Below are positions 13,443 to 24,528 of a stretch of DNA of 64,000 bases, piece after piece. Each line of letters opens with the position of its first letter. The stretch's first letter is position 1. Position numbers and translations under genes: made by a program. The stretch is from Anaeramoeba ignava BMAN (Eukaryota > Protista > Anaeramoebae): the NCBI GenBank assembly GCA_028826165.1, contig JAPDFW010000082.1, forward strand, positions 1-64,000. The letters are read 5' to 3'. Under the pieces are notes generated by a model. It was not told where the DNA came from, ran no database searches, and saw only the letters and a program-made list of their open reading frames with translations.

Positions 13443-15200
13443 TCATTTTGAATTTTTGAAGATTCTTTTTAAAATTGTTTCAAAACATTTTCGAGACTTT
13501 AAACGACATTCCAAATAAAATTTAATTGATTGATTTTCTTTTGCAAATCCAAATCCTTCTTCATATGTAATTACATTTAAAATCTCTTGTTTTAATTCTT
13601 CAGTTATTAGATTATTTCTTTTATCTAATTCAGTTCCAACAAGAATAATTGGAATATTTGGAAAATTTTGTTTAATTTGAGGAATAAATTTTGATTTAAC
13701 AGTTTCAAAAGAAGAAGGTGAAATTAATGAAAAACAAACGAAAAAGAAATCTGCATCAGAATACCATGAAATTTTTTCTTTATCGAATTTTCCTTTCTCA
13801 GATGTATCTTTTATTCTTATTACAAATTCTTTTCCATCAAACACCATTTTTTTTCTATAAATCCTAAAAGGTTTTGGAATGAAATCTTTTGGAATTTTCT
13901 TATCAAATAATCCAAATATCAATTCATTTTTTTTGGAATTTTCATCACCAATTAAACCAAATTTCATTTTAATAGTTTTTTTCTTTTCTTCTTTCAATTC
14001 TTGTTTTAATTCTTGTTTTAATTCTTGTTTTAATTCTTGTTTTAATTCTTCTTTTTGTTCTTCTTTTTGTTCTTCTTTTATTTCTTTTTTCTGTTCTTCT
14101 TTTATTTCTTCTTTTTTCCTTTCAAATTTTTCTTTTGGGATTTGTAATTGTTCCCGTTTTTTTCTTGAGATTTTCTTTAATTCTGGATAGATTTTATAGT
14201 TTTCTTTTGGGATTGGTGATTTAATTCCATTTTTTTTCTCCAATCTCATTTTTTGTTTTTTCTTCAATTCCTTTCTGCTCTTTTTCCTTAATTCTTTGTC
14301 TCTTTGCAATTTTTCTTGTTTCCTTTTTTTGAATTCTTCATCTCTTTCCAATTTTTCTTGTTTCCTTTTCAATTTTTTTTCTTTTTTGAATATTTTTCTT
14401 CGATAAAGAACTGTCTTAACTGCTTCATCAAAAACTGTTTTTAAATTTTGTTGAGTTACATAAGAACATTCAATATATTTAACAGCATTAATTTCTTCAG
14501 CCATTTTCGATCCTTGTTGATAAGTAATTGGAGATAAACCTCTTTCTTCTAATTCATTAATTGTTTCTTGATCATCTCTGGAATCTAATTTAAGTCCAAC
14601 AAGAATAATTGGAGCATTTTCACAATAGTAATGAATTTCATGAATCCATTTATCTTTAACACTTTCAAAAGAAGAAGGAGAAATTAATGAAAAACAAATC
14701 AAAAAAATATCTGAATCAAGATAAGATAAATGTCTCATTCTATCATAATCTTCATCACCTGCTGTATCCCATAAATCTAAATTGATTGGTTCTCCATTTA
14801 CCTTTACATTTGCCGAATAATTATCAAAAATTGTTGAAATGTATTCACCTAGATAAACTCCCTTTGTATAACTAAGTAACATTGCTGTTTTTCCAATTCC
14901 TCCATTTCCAACAACAACACATTTAACTTTTTGGATTTCTCTTTGATTTTCTTTTTGGATTTCTCTTTGATTTTCTTTTTGAATTTCTTTTTGATTTTCT
15001 TTTTGATTTTCTTTTTGATTTTCTTTTTGATTTTCTTTTTGATTTTTTTCATTTTTGATTTCTTTTGATTTTTTCTTTTTGATTTTCTTTTGATTTTCTT
15101 TTTGATTTTCTTTTTGATTTCTTTTTGATTTTTTTTTTTTTGCATTTCTTTTTGATTTTCTTTTGATTTTTTCTTTTTTTTTTTGATTTTCTTTTTGCAT
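13443..15200 (-). CDS. Tandem-domain GTPase (copy E): QKEN-repeat N-extension, Rac domain, linker, degenerate Rho-like domain
   Basis: [32 protein letters not shown]. Second domain GDENSKKN / KDTSEKG / GTELD. Start codon uncertain within the repeat. Confidence 0.88.
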   Translation of the reverse strand: MQKENQKKKEKIKRKSKRNAKKKKSKRNQKENQKENQKKIKKKKSKEIKNEKNQKENQKENQKENQKENQKEIQKENQREIQKENQREIQKVKCVVVGNGGIGKTAMLLSYTKGVYLGEYISTIFDNYSANVKVNGEPINLDLWDTAGDEDYDRMRHLSYLDSDIFLICFSLISPSSFESVKDKWIHEIHYYCENAPIILVGLKLDSRDDQETINELEERGLSPITYQQGSKMAEEINAVKYIECSYVTQQNLKTVFDEAVKTVLYRRKIFKKEKKLKRKQEKLERDEEFKKRKQEKLQRDKELRKKSRKELKKKQKMRLEKKNGIKSPIPKENYKIYPELKKISRKKREQLQIPKEKFERKKEEIKEEQKKEIKEEQKEEQKEELKQELKQELKQELKQELKEEKKKTIKMKFGLIGDENSKKNELIFGLFDKKIPKDFIPKPFRIYRKKMVFDGKEFVIRIKDTSEKGKFDKEKISWYSDADFFFVCFSLISPSSFETVKSKFIPQIKQNFPNIPIILVGTELDKRNNLITEELKQEILNVITYEEGFGFAKENQSIKFYLECRLKSRKCFETILKRIFKNSK

Positions 15201-15498
15201 TTTTTTCTTTTGAATTTTTTGATTTCTTTTTTTCTTTTTGATTTTCTTTTTGATTTTCTTTTTGATTTTCTCTTTGATTTTCTTTTTGATTTAAAATCTA
15301 AATTAAGAATGAAAAGGAAAAAAAATTTGTTTGATTAGCAAAAAAAAACAATAAAAACAAAAAAAAAAACCGGAACGAAAAAAATAAAATGAAATTTTTC
15401 CTTTTAGTTTTTCTTTTAAATCCCAAAAATTAAAAACAAAAACGGAAAAAAAAAATCAATAAATTGATCAATTAAATTTTTATTAATTATTTAATTAA

Positions 15499-15885
15499 TT
15501 ATTTACTTGAAATATATTTTTCTAATTCTTCTTTTTTCATTTGAATATCAAATACTTGAGATTCATAAAAACTTTTTTTTTCCTTTAAAATTTCATTTTG
15601 TTTTTTAATATCAATTTCAAATAATTCTTTTTCTTGTTTTGATTCTTTTAAAATATTTTTCAAATTTGATGTTTCTTTTTGAATTTCATTTAAAGATGTT
15701 TCATTTTGATTTAATTTCTCTTTTATTCTTTCATTTTCAATTTGAGTGAATTTTAAATTTTCCTTTAATTTTTCAAGTTCTTTTTCTTTTTTTTGAAGTT
15801 TTCTTTTTACTTCTTCAATTTCCATTTTTTGTTTTCGATTTAAATTTTCTAAATCATTTAAAGTTTGAAAAAAAGTTTCTTCCAT
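15499..15885 (-). CDS. Small coiled-coil hypothetical protein
   Basis: 128-aa ORF with heptad E/K/L pattern; AAAATG start context. Confidence 0.6.
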   Translation of the reverse strand: MEETFFQTLNDLENLNRKQKMEIEEVKRKLQKKEKELEKLKENLKFTQIENERIKEKLNQNETSLNEIQKETSNLKNILKESKQEKELFEIDIKKQNEILKEKKSFYESQVFDIQMKKEELEKYISSK

Positions 15886-16196
15886 TTTTATTCAAAAAAA
15901 AACAAAAAAAAAAACTGATTTTTTAAACTGGAAAATATTTTTCAGAATTTAAACATAAATCTAATCAATGTCAAAATGTTATTTCTTTTTGATTCCTAAA
16001 AAAATAACAAATCAAAAAGTAAAAAATAAAAAGTGGAAAAAATTTTTTTTTCCCCAATTCTTAATTTTGATTAAAAAAAAAAATTAAAATAAAAAATTCA
16101 ATAAAAATAATTGTTAAAAATTCTGTTCAAATTCATTCATTGATTCAATAGAAAAAAAAAAGACAAAAACAAAAAAAAAATAATCTTTTTAGAAAA

Positions 16197-16769
16197 TCAT
16201 AAAATAAAACAAGATTTTCTCTTCCTTTCAGATTTTTCATCAAGAACAGCACGAATAGCTTCATCAAAAACAATTTTCAAACTATTTTGAGACAAAGAAA
16301 AACATTCCAAATATTTAACGGCATTAATATCATTTGCCAGTTCAACAGCTTGTTTATGAGAAATAATATGAGAATTTTCTGAAAAATCCGGCAAATCATT
16401 TTTATCATCAGAAAAAGAAAAACTAGAACCAAGAAGAATAATGGGGGCATGAGGGCAAAAATGATTAATTTCGGGAACCCATTTTTGTTTAACGTTCTCA
16501 AAAGAAGAAGGCAAAAAAAAAGAAAAGCAAATGATGAAAACATCTGTTTTGAGATAAGACAAAGTTCTTAATTTGTCATAATCTTCTTGACCTGTTGTAT
16601 CCCATAAACTTAAACGAACTTCTGTTTCATCAATTTTCATATTTTCAACGTAATTTTCAAATATTGTTGGCATATATTCTCCTGGAAACATTTCTCTAAC
16701 ATATGAAAATAATGTTTGTGCTTTTCCAACTAAATAATCCCCAATTATCACACATTTAATTGATTTCAT
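16197..16769 (-). CDS. Divergent Rho GTPase (copy F) with polybasic-CAAX (RKRKSCFIL)
   Basis: GDYLVGKA, YMPTIFENY, LWDTTGQEDYDKLRTLSY; G4 position reads GSSFS. Confidence 0.9.
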   Translation of the reverse strand: MKSIKCVIIGDYLVGKAQTLFSYVREMFPGEYMPTIFENYVENMKIDETEVRLSLWDTTGQEDYDKLRTLSYLKTDVFIICFSFFLPSSFENVKQKWVPEINHFCPHAPIILLGSSFSFSDDKNDLPDFSENSHIISHKQAVELANDINAVKYLECFSLSQNSLKIVFDEAIRAVLDEKSERKRKSCFIL

Positions 16770-17059
16770 TTTCTTATTAAATTTTAAATTAAATTTTAGT
16801 TTTAATTTTAATAAAAAAGAAAAAAGAAAAAAAGAAAAAAAGAAAAAAAATGATTTTCCAATTTACGTTTTTTAATTTTTTTTTAATTTTTTTTAATTAA
16901 TTAATTTTTCGTTTTTTTGGAAAGGTAAAAAAGACAAATTAAATTACAAATAAGAAATTAAATCACTGATCAAATTTTATTTAAAACAAAACAATTTTTT
17001 TTTCCTTTTTAATATTTTATTTTCTTATTTATTTTGATCTTCTTTTTATTTTAATTAAA

Positions 17060-18280
17060 ATAAATTTTGATCAGTTTTAAAATTTATAAAATAAAACAAT
17101 TTATTTAAATTATTTAATTCAAAATAAATGAGAAAATAACTGAAAAAAGGAATTGAGAATTTTGTTTATTTTTTTATTAAATTATTTAATAAGATTAATA
17201 TAAATTAAATTAATAATTTGTTTTAAAATTTATAAAATAAAATAAAATATTTAAATTATTTAAATCAAAATAATTAAAAATATTTAAAAAATTAATTAAT
17301 AATTTTATCCATTTTTACTAAATTATTTAATAAGATTAATTTAAATTAAATCAATAATTTGTTTTAAAATTTATAAAATAAAATAAAATATTTAAATTAT
17401 TTAAATTAAAATAATTAAAAATATTTAAAAATTAATTAATAATTTTATTCATTTTTACTAATTTATTTAATAAGATTAATTTAAATTAAATTAATAATTT
17501 GTTTTAAAATTTATAAAATAAAATAAATTATTTAAATTATTTAAATTAAAATAATTAAAAATATTTAAATAAAATTAATTAATATTTTTATTCATTTTTT
17601 TATTAAATTATTTAATAAGATTAATTTAAATTAAATCAATAATTTGTTTTAAAATTTATAAAATAAAATAAATTATTTAAATTATTTAAATCAAAATAAT
17701 TAAAAATAACTGAAAAAGGAATTGAGAATTTTTATTTTTATTAAATTATTTAATAAGATTAATTTAAATTAAATTAATAATTTGTTTTAAAATTTATAAA
17801 ATAAAATATTTAAATTATTTTAAATTAAAATAATTAAAAATAATTTAAATAAAATTAATTAATATTTTATCCCTTTTTACTAAATTATTTAATAAGATTA
17901 ATTTAAAATTAAATCAATATTTTGTTTTTAAAATTTATAAAAATAAAATAAATTATTTAAATTATTTAAATCAAAATAATTAAAAAATAAATAAATAAAA
18001 TTAATTAATATTTTTATTCATTTTTATTAAATTATTTAATAAGATTAATTTAAATTAAATTAATAATTTGTTTTTAAACTTATAAAATAAAATAAATTAT
18101 TTAAATTATTTAAATTAAAATAATTAAAAATAATTAAATAAAAATTAATTAATATTTTTATCCATTTTTTTATTAAATATTTAATAAGATTAATATAAAT
18201 TAAATTAATATTTTGTTTTAAATTTATAAAATAAAACAATTTATTTAAATTATTTAAATCAAAATAATTAAAAATAAAAA
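17060..18280. repeat. AT-rich tandem repeat, ~143-bp unit, ~8 copies
   Basis: Anchor AAGATTAAT recurs at about 17191, 17332, 17473, 17617, 17754, 17894, 18041 and 18186. Confidence 0.85.
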
Positions 18281-18547
18281 GAAAAAAATTGGATTCCTTT
18301 CATTTTTTTTTTATTTATATTTTTTATTTTAGATAAAAAGGAAAAAAAAATTTAAAAAAAAAACACCTTTTAAAAACTCCCCAAAAAAATTAAACTAAAA
18401 TAAAATTAATGAGTAAAGTAAGATTTTTTAATATTTAAAAAAAAAAACAAACAAACTTACGTGTTAAAAGTTTTTTTTTTTAATTAAATTTTTCTTTTTC
18501 TTTTTTTTTTTATTTTTTATTATTCTTATTGCCAAATTATAATATAA

Positions 18548-20780
18548 ATGAATAATCATGCCAATTCACCATCAAAACAAGATCCAACATTTGCACATGT
18601 TGAAATTACCCCATTTCAATTCCAAGTTGGAGGACATAAAGGCTTTTTATGTCATAGTCCTGGAAAGTAAGCAAAAATAAAATTCACAAAAAAAAAATTC
18701 ACAAAAAAAAAATTTTTTAAATAAACAAAAAAAAATTGCATCTATAATAAATTCACAAATAAAACAAACAAATAAAAACACAAATTAAAATACAAACAAA
18801 AACACAAATTAAATCCACAAATTAAATCTAAAATAAAATCTATAATTAAATCTAAAATTAAATCTATAATTAAATCTATAAATAAATCCACAAACAAAAA
18901 TACAAACAAAAATACAAATAAAAATACAAATAAAAATACAAACTAAAATACAAATTAAATCTAAAATTAAATCTAAAATTAAATCTATAATTAAATCTAA
19001 AATTAAATCTATAAATAAATTCACAAATAAATCTAAAATTAAATCTATAAATAAATTCACAAATAAAAATACAAACTAAAATACAAACAAAATCTAAAAC
19101 AAAAATAAAAATAAAAATACAAACAAAAACACAAATAAAAACAAAAAATCTAAAATAAAATCTAAAATAAAATCTAAAATTAAATCTAAAATTAAATCTA
19201 AATCTAAAATTAAATCTAAAATTAAATTAAATCTAAAATTAAATTCACAAATAAAAATACAAATAAATCCACAAACAAAAATACAAACAAAATCTAAAAT
19301 TAAATCCACAAAATTATATTTAAAATATCTAAAATTAAATTAATTTTCCTTTTTTTTATTATAGAATCCTGAAAGTATATATTCCTCAAGAATTTGAATT
19401 TTATCAAAAAGCGAGTAAATTTGAAACATTAAAACCTTTTTTACCTGATATTTTTGGAGTAATTGATATTCCAAATGATGTTATTGAAGAATCTTATAAA
19501 AATCATTTAAAATCTAAAACTCGTCAAAAAATTCCAATTGAAAATTCACCTCTTTTAAAAAGAAAAAGAGAAGATTCCAATAATTTCGAAATAAATTCAA
19601 ATTCAAATTTAAATTCAAATTCAAAAGATTTAAATATTTCCGAAATAAATCAAAATTTAAATGTTTCAAAAGATTTAAATAATTCAGAAATAAATCAAAA
19701 TTCAAATTCAAATTCAAAAGATTTAAATATTTCCGAAATAAATCAAAATTTAAATGTTTCAAAAGATTTAAATAATTCAAATTCAAATTCAAATTCAAAT
19801 TCAAATTCAAAAGATTTAAATAATTTAGAAATAAATCAAAATTCAAATTCAGAAATAATTCAAAATTCAAATTCAAATTCAGAAAATTTAAACGTTTTAA
19901 ATATTGCAAATATTCCAAAAAATTCAAATGATTCAGAAAATGTGGAAAATTTAAAAGATCCCAAAAATTTCGAAAATTTAACAAATGGCACAAAACCAAA
20001 TAACTCAAAAATGTTACAAAAAATTGAAAACTCAAAAGTTTTACAATCAAAAATCAAATATACTCATCATTTACAAAAAAAAGTACAAAACTCAGAAAAT
20101 TTAAATCCATGGAATGTAATTTGCCACCAAAAAGAAAATTCCAAAAACAAAGAATCGGAAATTGATAACCCACACAACGAACTAAAATATGTGATTTTAG
20201 AGGATCTTACACACGAATTCAAATATCCATGCGTTCTTGATATCAAACTTGGATTCAGACATTATGGATTGCAAATTGATCCAATGAAATTAAAACGCAA
20301 AATTGAAAGATCGAAAAATTCAACAACAAAAACACACGGATTACGATTTACAGGGATCCAAAAATACTCGAAAAAAACACACCGTTTTGAATATAGAAAT
20401 AAAGTTGATCTGTTCAAAATAACTGAAGATTCTCTTGTTGAAGCAATGAGCGATTTTTTTTATAACGGAATCCGTTATCGAACTGAAATTATTCCTCATT
20501 TTATTGAAAGAATTGAAAAATTATTAAAGCAGTTGAAAATCTTCAAGGATTTCGTTTTTACTCTTCAAGTGCTTTACTTGTTTATGATGGATTTGATTGT
20601 TTTAATGAAAATGAACCCAATGATTTACGTTGGGATTGTCGATTAATTGATTTTGCTCATTCTTATATTTTTGATCAGGAAATTGAACCTGATAATGGAT
20701 ATTTAATTGGATTAAGAAATTTACATTTACTTTTAAAAAATACATTACAATTTTGTAAAGAAAAAGAAAAAGAAATTTAA
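18548..20780 (+). CDS. Inositol polyphosphate kinase (IP6K/IPMK family), 2 exons
   Basis: Exon 1 18548-18666 (QVGGH); GT-AG intron 18667-19364. Exon 2 has EFEFYQ, LEDLT and PCVLDIKLG (PxxxDxKxG). After a 1-nt frameshift at ~20540 it reads FRFYSSSALLVYDG, RLIDFAHS and DNGYLIGL; stop at 20778-20780. Confidence 0.92.
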
Positions 20781-20960
20781 TTAAAAAATTTAATTAAGAA
20801 AATTAAATTGATTTTTCGTTTTTTCTTTTTTCCTTTTTTAAAAACCAAAATAATAAAAATTTTAATTGAAAAAATATTTGCTTTTTGTTTAAGAAATTAT
20901 TCGAAAAGAAAAATGTCAAAAATTCAAAAAAAGAAAAAATTCAAAAAAAGAAAAAAGAAT

Positions 20961-23132
20961 TCAAAAAAATCCAGTAATTAAAAACCATAGATAAAAAACA
21001 ACCAAAGAAATTATCCCAAAAATTGCTGAAACGATTGGAAATTTAGAAACTCTTCTTTTCTCAAAAAAACCTTTTGAAGTAGCCAAATAAGATACTTTTA
21101 AAACTTCATTATTTTCAGTAACAGGAATCAAAAATTTTTCAAAAAAGAAAGAAAGACCAGAAACAACTTCTGAAATTTGAACAGGCATAACACCCAAATT
21201 AGAAGCACCTTTTGTTGTACCGAAGAATTGTTCTTGAGCAATTTCGAAATCTTCATTTTCTTCATCATTCATAAAAAAATTCATTTTGATATTTGATTGT
21301 GGCATTTTTTTGCCGAATAATTGAGGAGCATTTCTTGCTGTTATTGTTGATGTTGTTGTTGTTATTGGTGTTGGTCTGAGAATGGAAGATGAAATTGAAG
21401 AAAAATTTGTCACTTCCGGAATTGAACCGGAAAATTCGGAATACTTATAATTTTTGGGGAGATATAAAGTGATAAAAAGTTGATTAATTGGAAGATCCAT
21501 TAACGGAAAATTGATTTGGAAATTTCCTCTTGATTTCATTTGCGGGGTTAAAGAAATATAGACGAAATCAAGCAAAAAAGAGTCGGAATTTTCTGTTTGT
21601 TTTTCCAACGGAACCATTATGCATTTGTCTTGATTGTCAAAAGAAGGTTTAACTGGCGAACCAGAAACACATGTTGACCATAACTGAAATTTTGGATCGA
21701 TAATTTTGATTCTTAAAAATTGCTTCTGAGTATTCCGCATGTTCAACGAGCATTGGTAAATAAATATTGATCCTGAATAGGAAACTTTTATGTGCATTTC
21801 ATCAATAACGGCAACAAGAACATCTGTTTCGTTATGTTGATGAACATCAAATTCTACGCCGTATTCTGGCACTAGGAACTTGTACGCAAACAGCATGATT
21901 TGTTGTGGTGATTTTTGCTTCAATTCCGTTGGGAGTTCTTTAACGTCAATCTTGGTTATTGAATTCATTTCAATTTCATTAATTTCATAATTCGGAAGTC
22001 CATCCACTCCGATCCATCCTTTTTCCCGATTGACTTCCCGAGAAACAAAAGCAGGAAGACAAACCTTTCCGCTAGAGGTCGATATTGGAGATTCAGCGAC
22101 TACAGAGAGATAAAAGGAGCCTTCAACAGGAAACTGCAATGTCACGCGAAGAAGATAATTTCCTGTCAATTTTTCGGAATTTTCAAATTTTTCTCCTTTC
22201 AAATTTTTTTCTTCTTTTTCATCTTTTTCCAAATCCAAAAGTTCTTCTTTTTTCTTTCTTCTTGATTCCTTTTTCCCCAATTTCTTCCACTTGATGATAT
22301 TAGCTCCAGTCACAGAAACTATCTTGACATCATTTGGAATTTCAATTTCGAATTTTCCTCGATTTCCGTTTAAAATTTGATAACGGAAAGTAGCGTCCGT
22401 TATAACAACTCCTTCGCCAATTGTGAAAAAAAGAAACTGTTCCGAATTGACGATAAATTTTGCTTTTTCTTTCTCCTTTTCTTTGTCTTCATCGAGTTTA
22501 TTTTCTCGATCTCGCAAATTTTCGACTTTTAATTCAGACCAATTGATTTTTAAATAAGAACAAGAAGAAATAAGTGAGGTTTTTAGCAGTGTCTGTTTTT
22601 CTTGACGAACAAGATCAGAATTGATAGAGCTTTGCGCGTAAATATCAACATTACCAGAAACACTGAATTGAACATTTGAGGTTTGACTTTGAGGAATTCT
22701 GAAAGAAATGGATTTTTCTTGGGACGTTTCGTATTTGACTGAAAATTCCATGTTGACCTTATATAAGCCTTTTTGGTTCGCAAGAAAAATAAAGCGCGAT
22801 CCTCTTGATGCTATCCATGCGGTTTTGCCGACTGAATTGGTAATTGTGTGACCTGTCAATGCAACTGTTGTTGGAAGAAGCTCCAACTTTGACCATTGAT
22901 TTTGTGAAAGAACTTCAATTTCAAATTGACTTGAAAATTTTGCTGCTTTTTTATTTGATATTCCTTCATAATTCGCTTTCTTAAGCGTTATTCCTCCGTT
23001 TTTTCTTTCTTCAATTTCATTGATAATTTCAAATAATGCTTTGTTTGGCATCTTGATTTGTGCGTCTCCTTTAAGTATTTGTCCTGTTATATCTTCTGGT
23101 AATCTTATTTTTTCATTTACTTCTTTATTCAT
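20961..23132 (-). CDS. Uncharacterised 723-aa intronless protein, beta-rich, with C-terminal transmembrane helix
   Basis: Long clean ORF, visibly higher GC; ends FPIVSAIFGIISLVVFYLWFLITGFF. Family not recognised. Confidence 0.85.
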   Translation of the reverse strand: MNKEVNEKIRLPEDITGQILKGDAQIKMPNKALFEIINEIEERKNGGITLKKANYEGISNKKAAKFSSQFEIEVLSQNQWSKLELLPTTVALTGHTITNSVGKTAWIASRGSRFIFLANQKGLYKVNMEFSVKYETSQEKSISFRIPQSQTSNVQFSVSGNVDIYAQSSINSDLVRQEKQTLLKTSLISSCSYLKINWSELKVENLRDRENKLDEDKEKEKEKAKFIVNSEQFLFFTIGEGVVITDATFRYQILNGNRGKFEIEIPNDVKIVSVTGANIIKWKKLGKKESRRKKKEELLDLEKDEKEEKNLKGEKFENSEKLTGNYLLRVTLQFPVEGSFYLSVVAESPISTSSGKVCLPAFVSREVNREKGWIGVDGLPNYEINEIEMNSITKIDVKELPTELKQKSPQQIMLFAYKFLVPEYGVEFDVHQHNETDVLVAVIDEMHIKVSYSGSIFIYQCSLNMRNTQKQFLRIKIIDPKFQLWSTCVSGSPVKPSFDNQDKCIMVPLEKQTENSDSFLLDFVYISLTPQMKSRGNFQINFPLMDLPINQLFITLYLPKNYKYSEFSGSIPEVTNFSSISSSILRPTPITTTTSTITARNAPQLFGKKMPQSNIKMNFFMNDEENEDFEIAQEQFFGTTKGASNLGVMPVQISEVVSGLSFFFEKFLIPVTENNEVLKVSYLATSKGFFEKRRVSKFPIVSAIFGIISLVVFYLWFLITGFF

Positions 23133-23189
23133 TTTTTTTTTTATTAATTAAAAAAAATTTAAAAGGAAAAGAAAAATGAATTTTTAATT

Positions 23190-24480
23190 TTTTTTAAAAA
23201 ATATTTTTTAAATTAATAAAATATAATTTTAATAAATAAATCTTTATTAATATAATATTAAATAATTTATTTTTATTATTATATATTATTAAATATTATT
23301 AATTTCAATTTAATTTATTTATTAAATGTTTTTATTCCACTTTTTTTTTGAAATAAATTAAATAATATTTTTTAAATAAATAAAATATAATTTTAATAAA
23401 TAATTATTTATTAATATAATATTAAATAATTTATTTTTATTATTATATATTAATAAATATTATTAATTTCAATTTAATTTATTTATTAAATATTTTTATT
23501 CCACTTTTTGAAATAAATTAAATAATATTTTTAAATAAATAAAATATAATTTTAATAAATAATTATTTATTAATATAATATTAAATAATTTATTTTTATT
23601 ATTATATATTATTAAATATTATTAATTTCAATTTAATTTATTTATTAAATATTTTTATTCCACTTTTTGAAATTAATTAAAAATATTTTTAATAAATAAA
23701 ATATAATTTTAATAAATAAATCTTTATTAATATAATATTAAATAATTTATTTTTATTATTATATATTATTAAATATTATTAATTTCAATTTAATTTATTT
23801 ATTAATTATTTTTATTCCACTTTTTTTTGGAAATAAAATAAAAATATTTTTAAATAAATAAAATATTATATTAATAAATAAATATTTATTAATTTAATAT
23901 TAAATAATTTATTTTTATTATTATATATTAATGAATATTATTAATTTCAATTTAATTTATTTATTAAATATTTTTATTCCACTTTTTTTTGAAATAAATT
24001 AAATAATATTTTTTAAATTAATAAAATATAATTTTAATAAATAATTCTTTATTAATATAATATTAAATAATTAATTTTTATTATTAAATATTATTAAATA
24101 TTATTAATTTCAATTTAATTTATTTATTAAATATTTTTATTCCACTTTTTTTTGAAATAAATTAAATAATATTTTTAAATAAATAAAATATTTTAATAAA
24201 TAATTATTTATTAATATAATATTAAATAATTAATTTTTTATTATTAAATATTATTAAATATTATTAATTTCAATTTAATTTATTTATTAATTATTTTATA
24301 TTCCACTTTTTTTTTGAAATAAAATAAAAATATTTTTTAAATAAATAAAATATAATTTTAATAAATAATTATTTATTAATATAATATTAAATAATTAATT
24401 TTTATTATTAAATATTATTAAATATTATTAATTTCAATTTAATTTATTTATTAATTATTTTTATTCCACTTTTTTTTTGA
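23190..24480. repeat. AT-rich tandem repeat, ~161-bp unit, ~8 copies
   Basis: Anchor TTCCAC at about 23335, 23499, 23658, 23815, 23977, 24141, 24301 and 24464. Confidence 0.9.
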
Positions 24481-24528
24481 AATTTTGAAAATTTTTTCAT
24501 TTTTCATTTTTCATTTTTTTTTTTAAAA

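Noticed and set aside
20500-20600. Programmed frameshifting or pseudogenisation in IPK (also NF1 exons 1-2, Rac C/D, TLDc, RCC1-BTB copy 1)
   Set aside because: Single-base shifts lie in or near homopolymers or repeats with intact motifs on both sides; assembly error is more parsimonious. Read mapping would decide.
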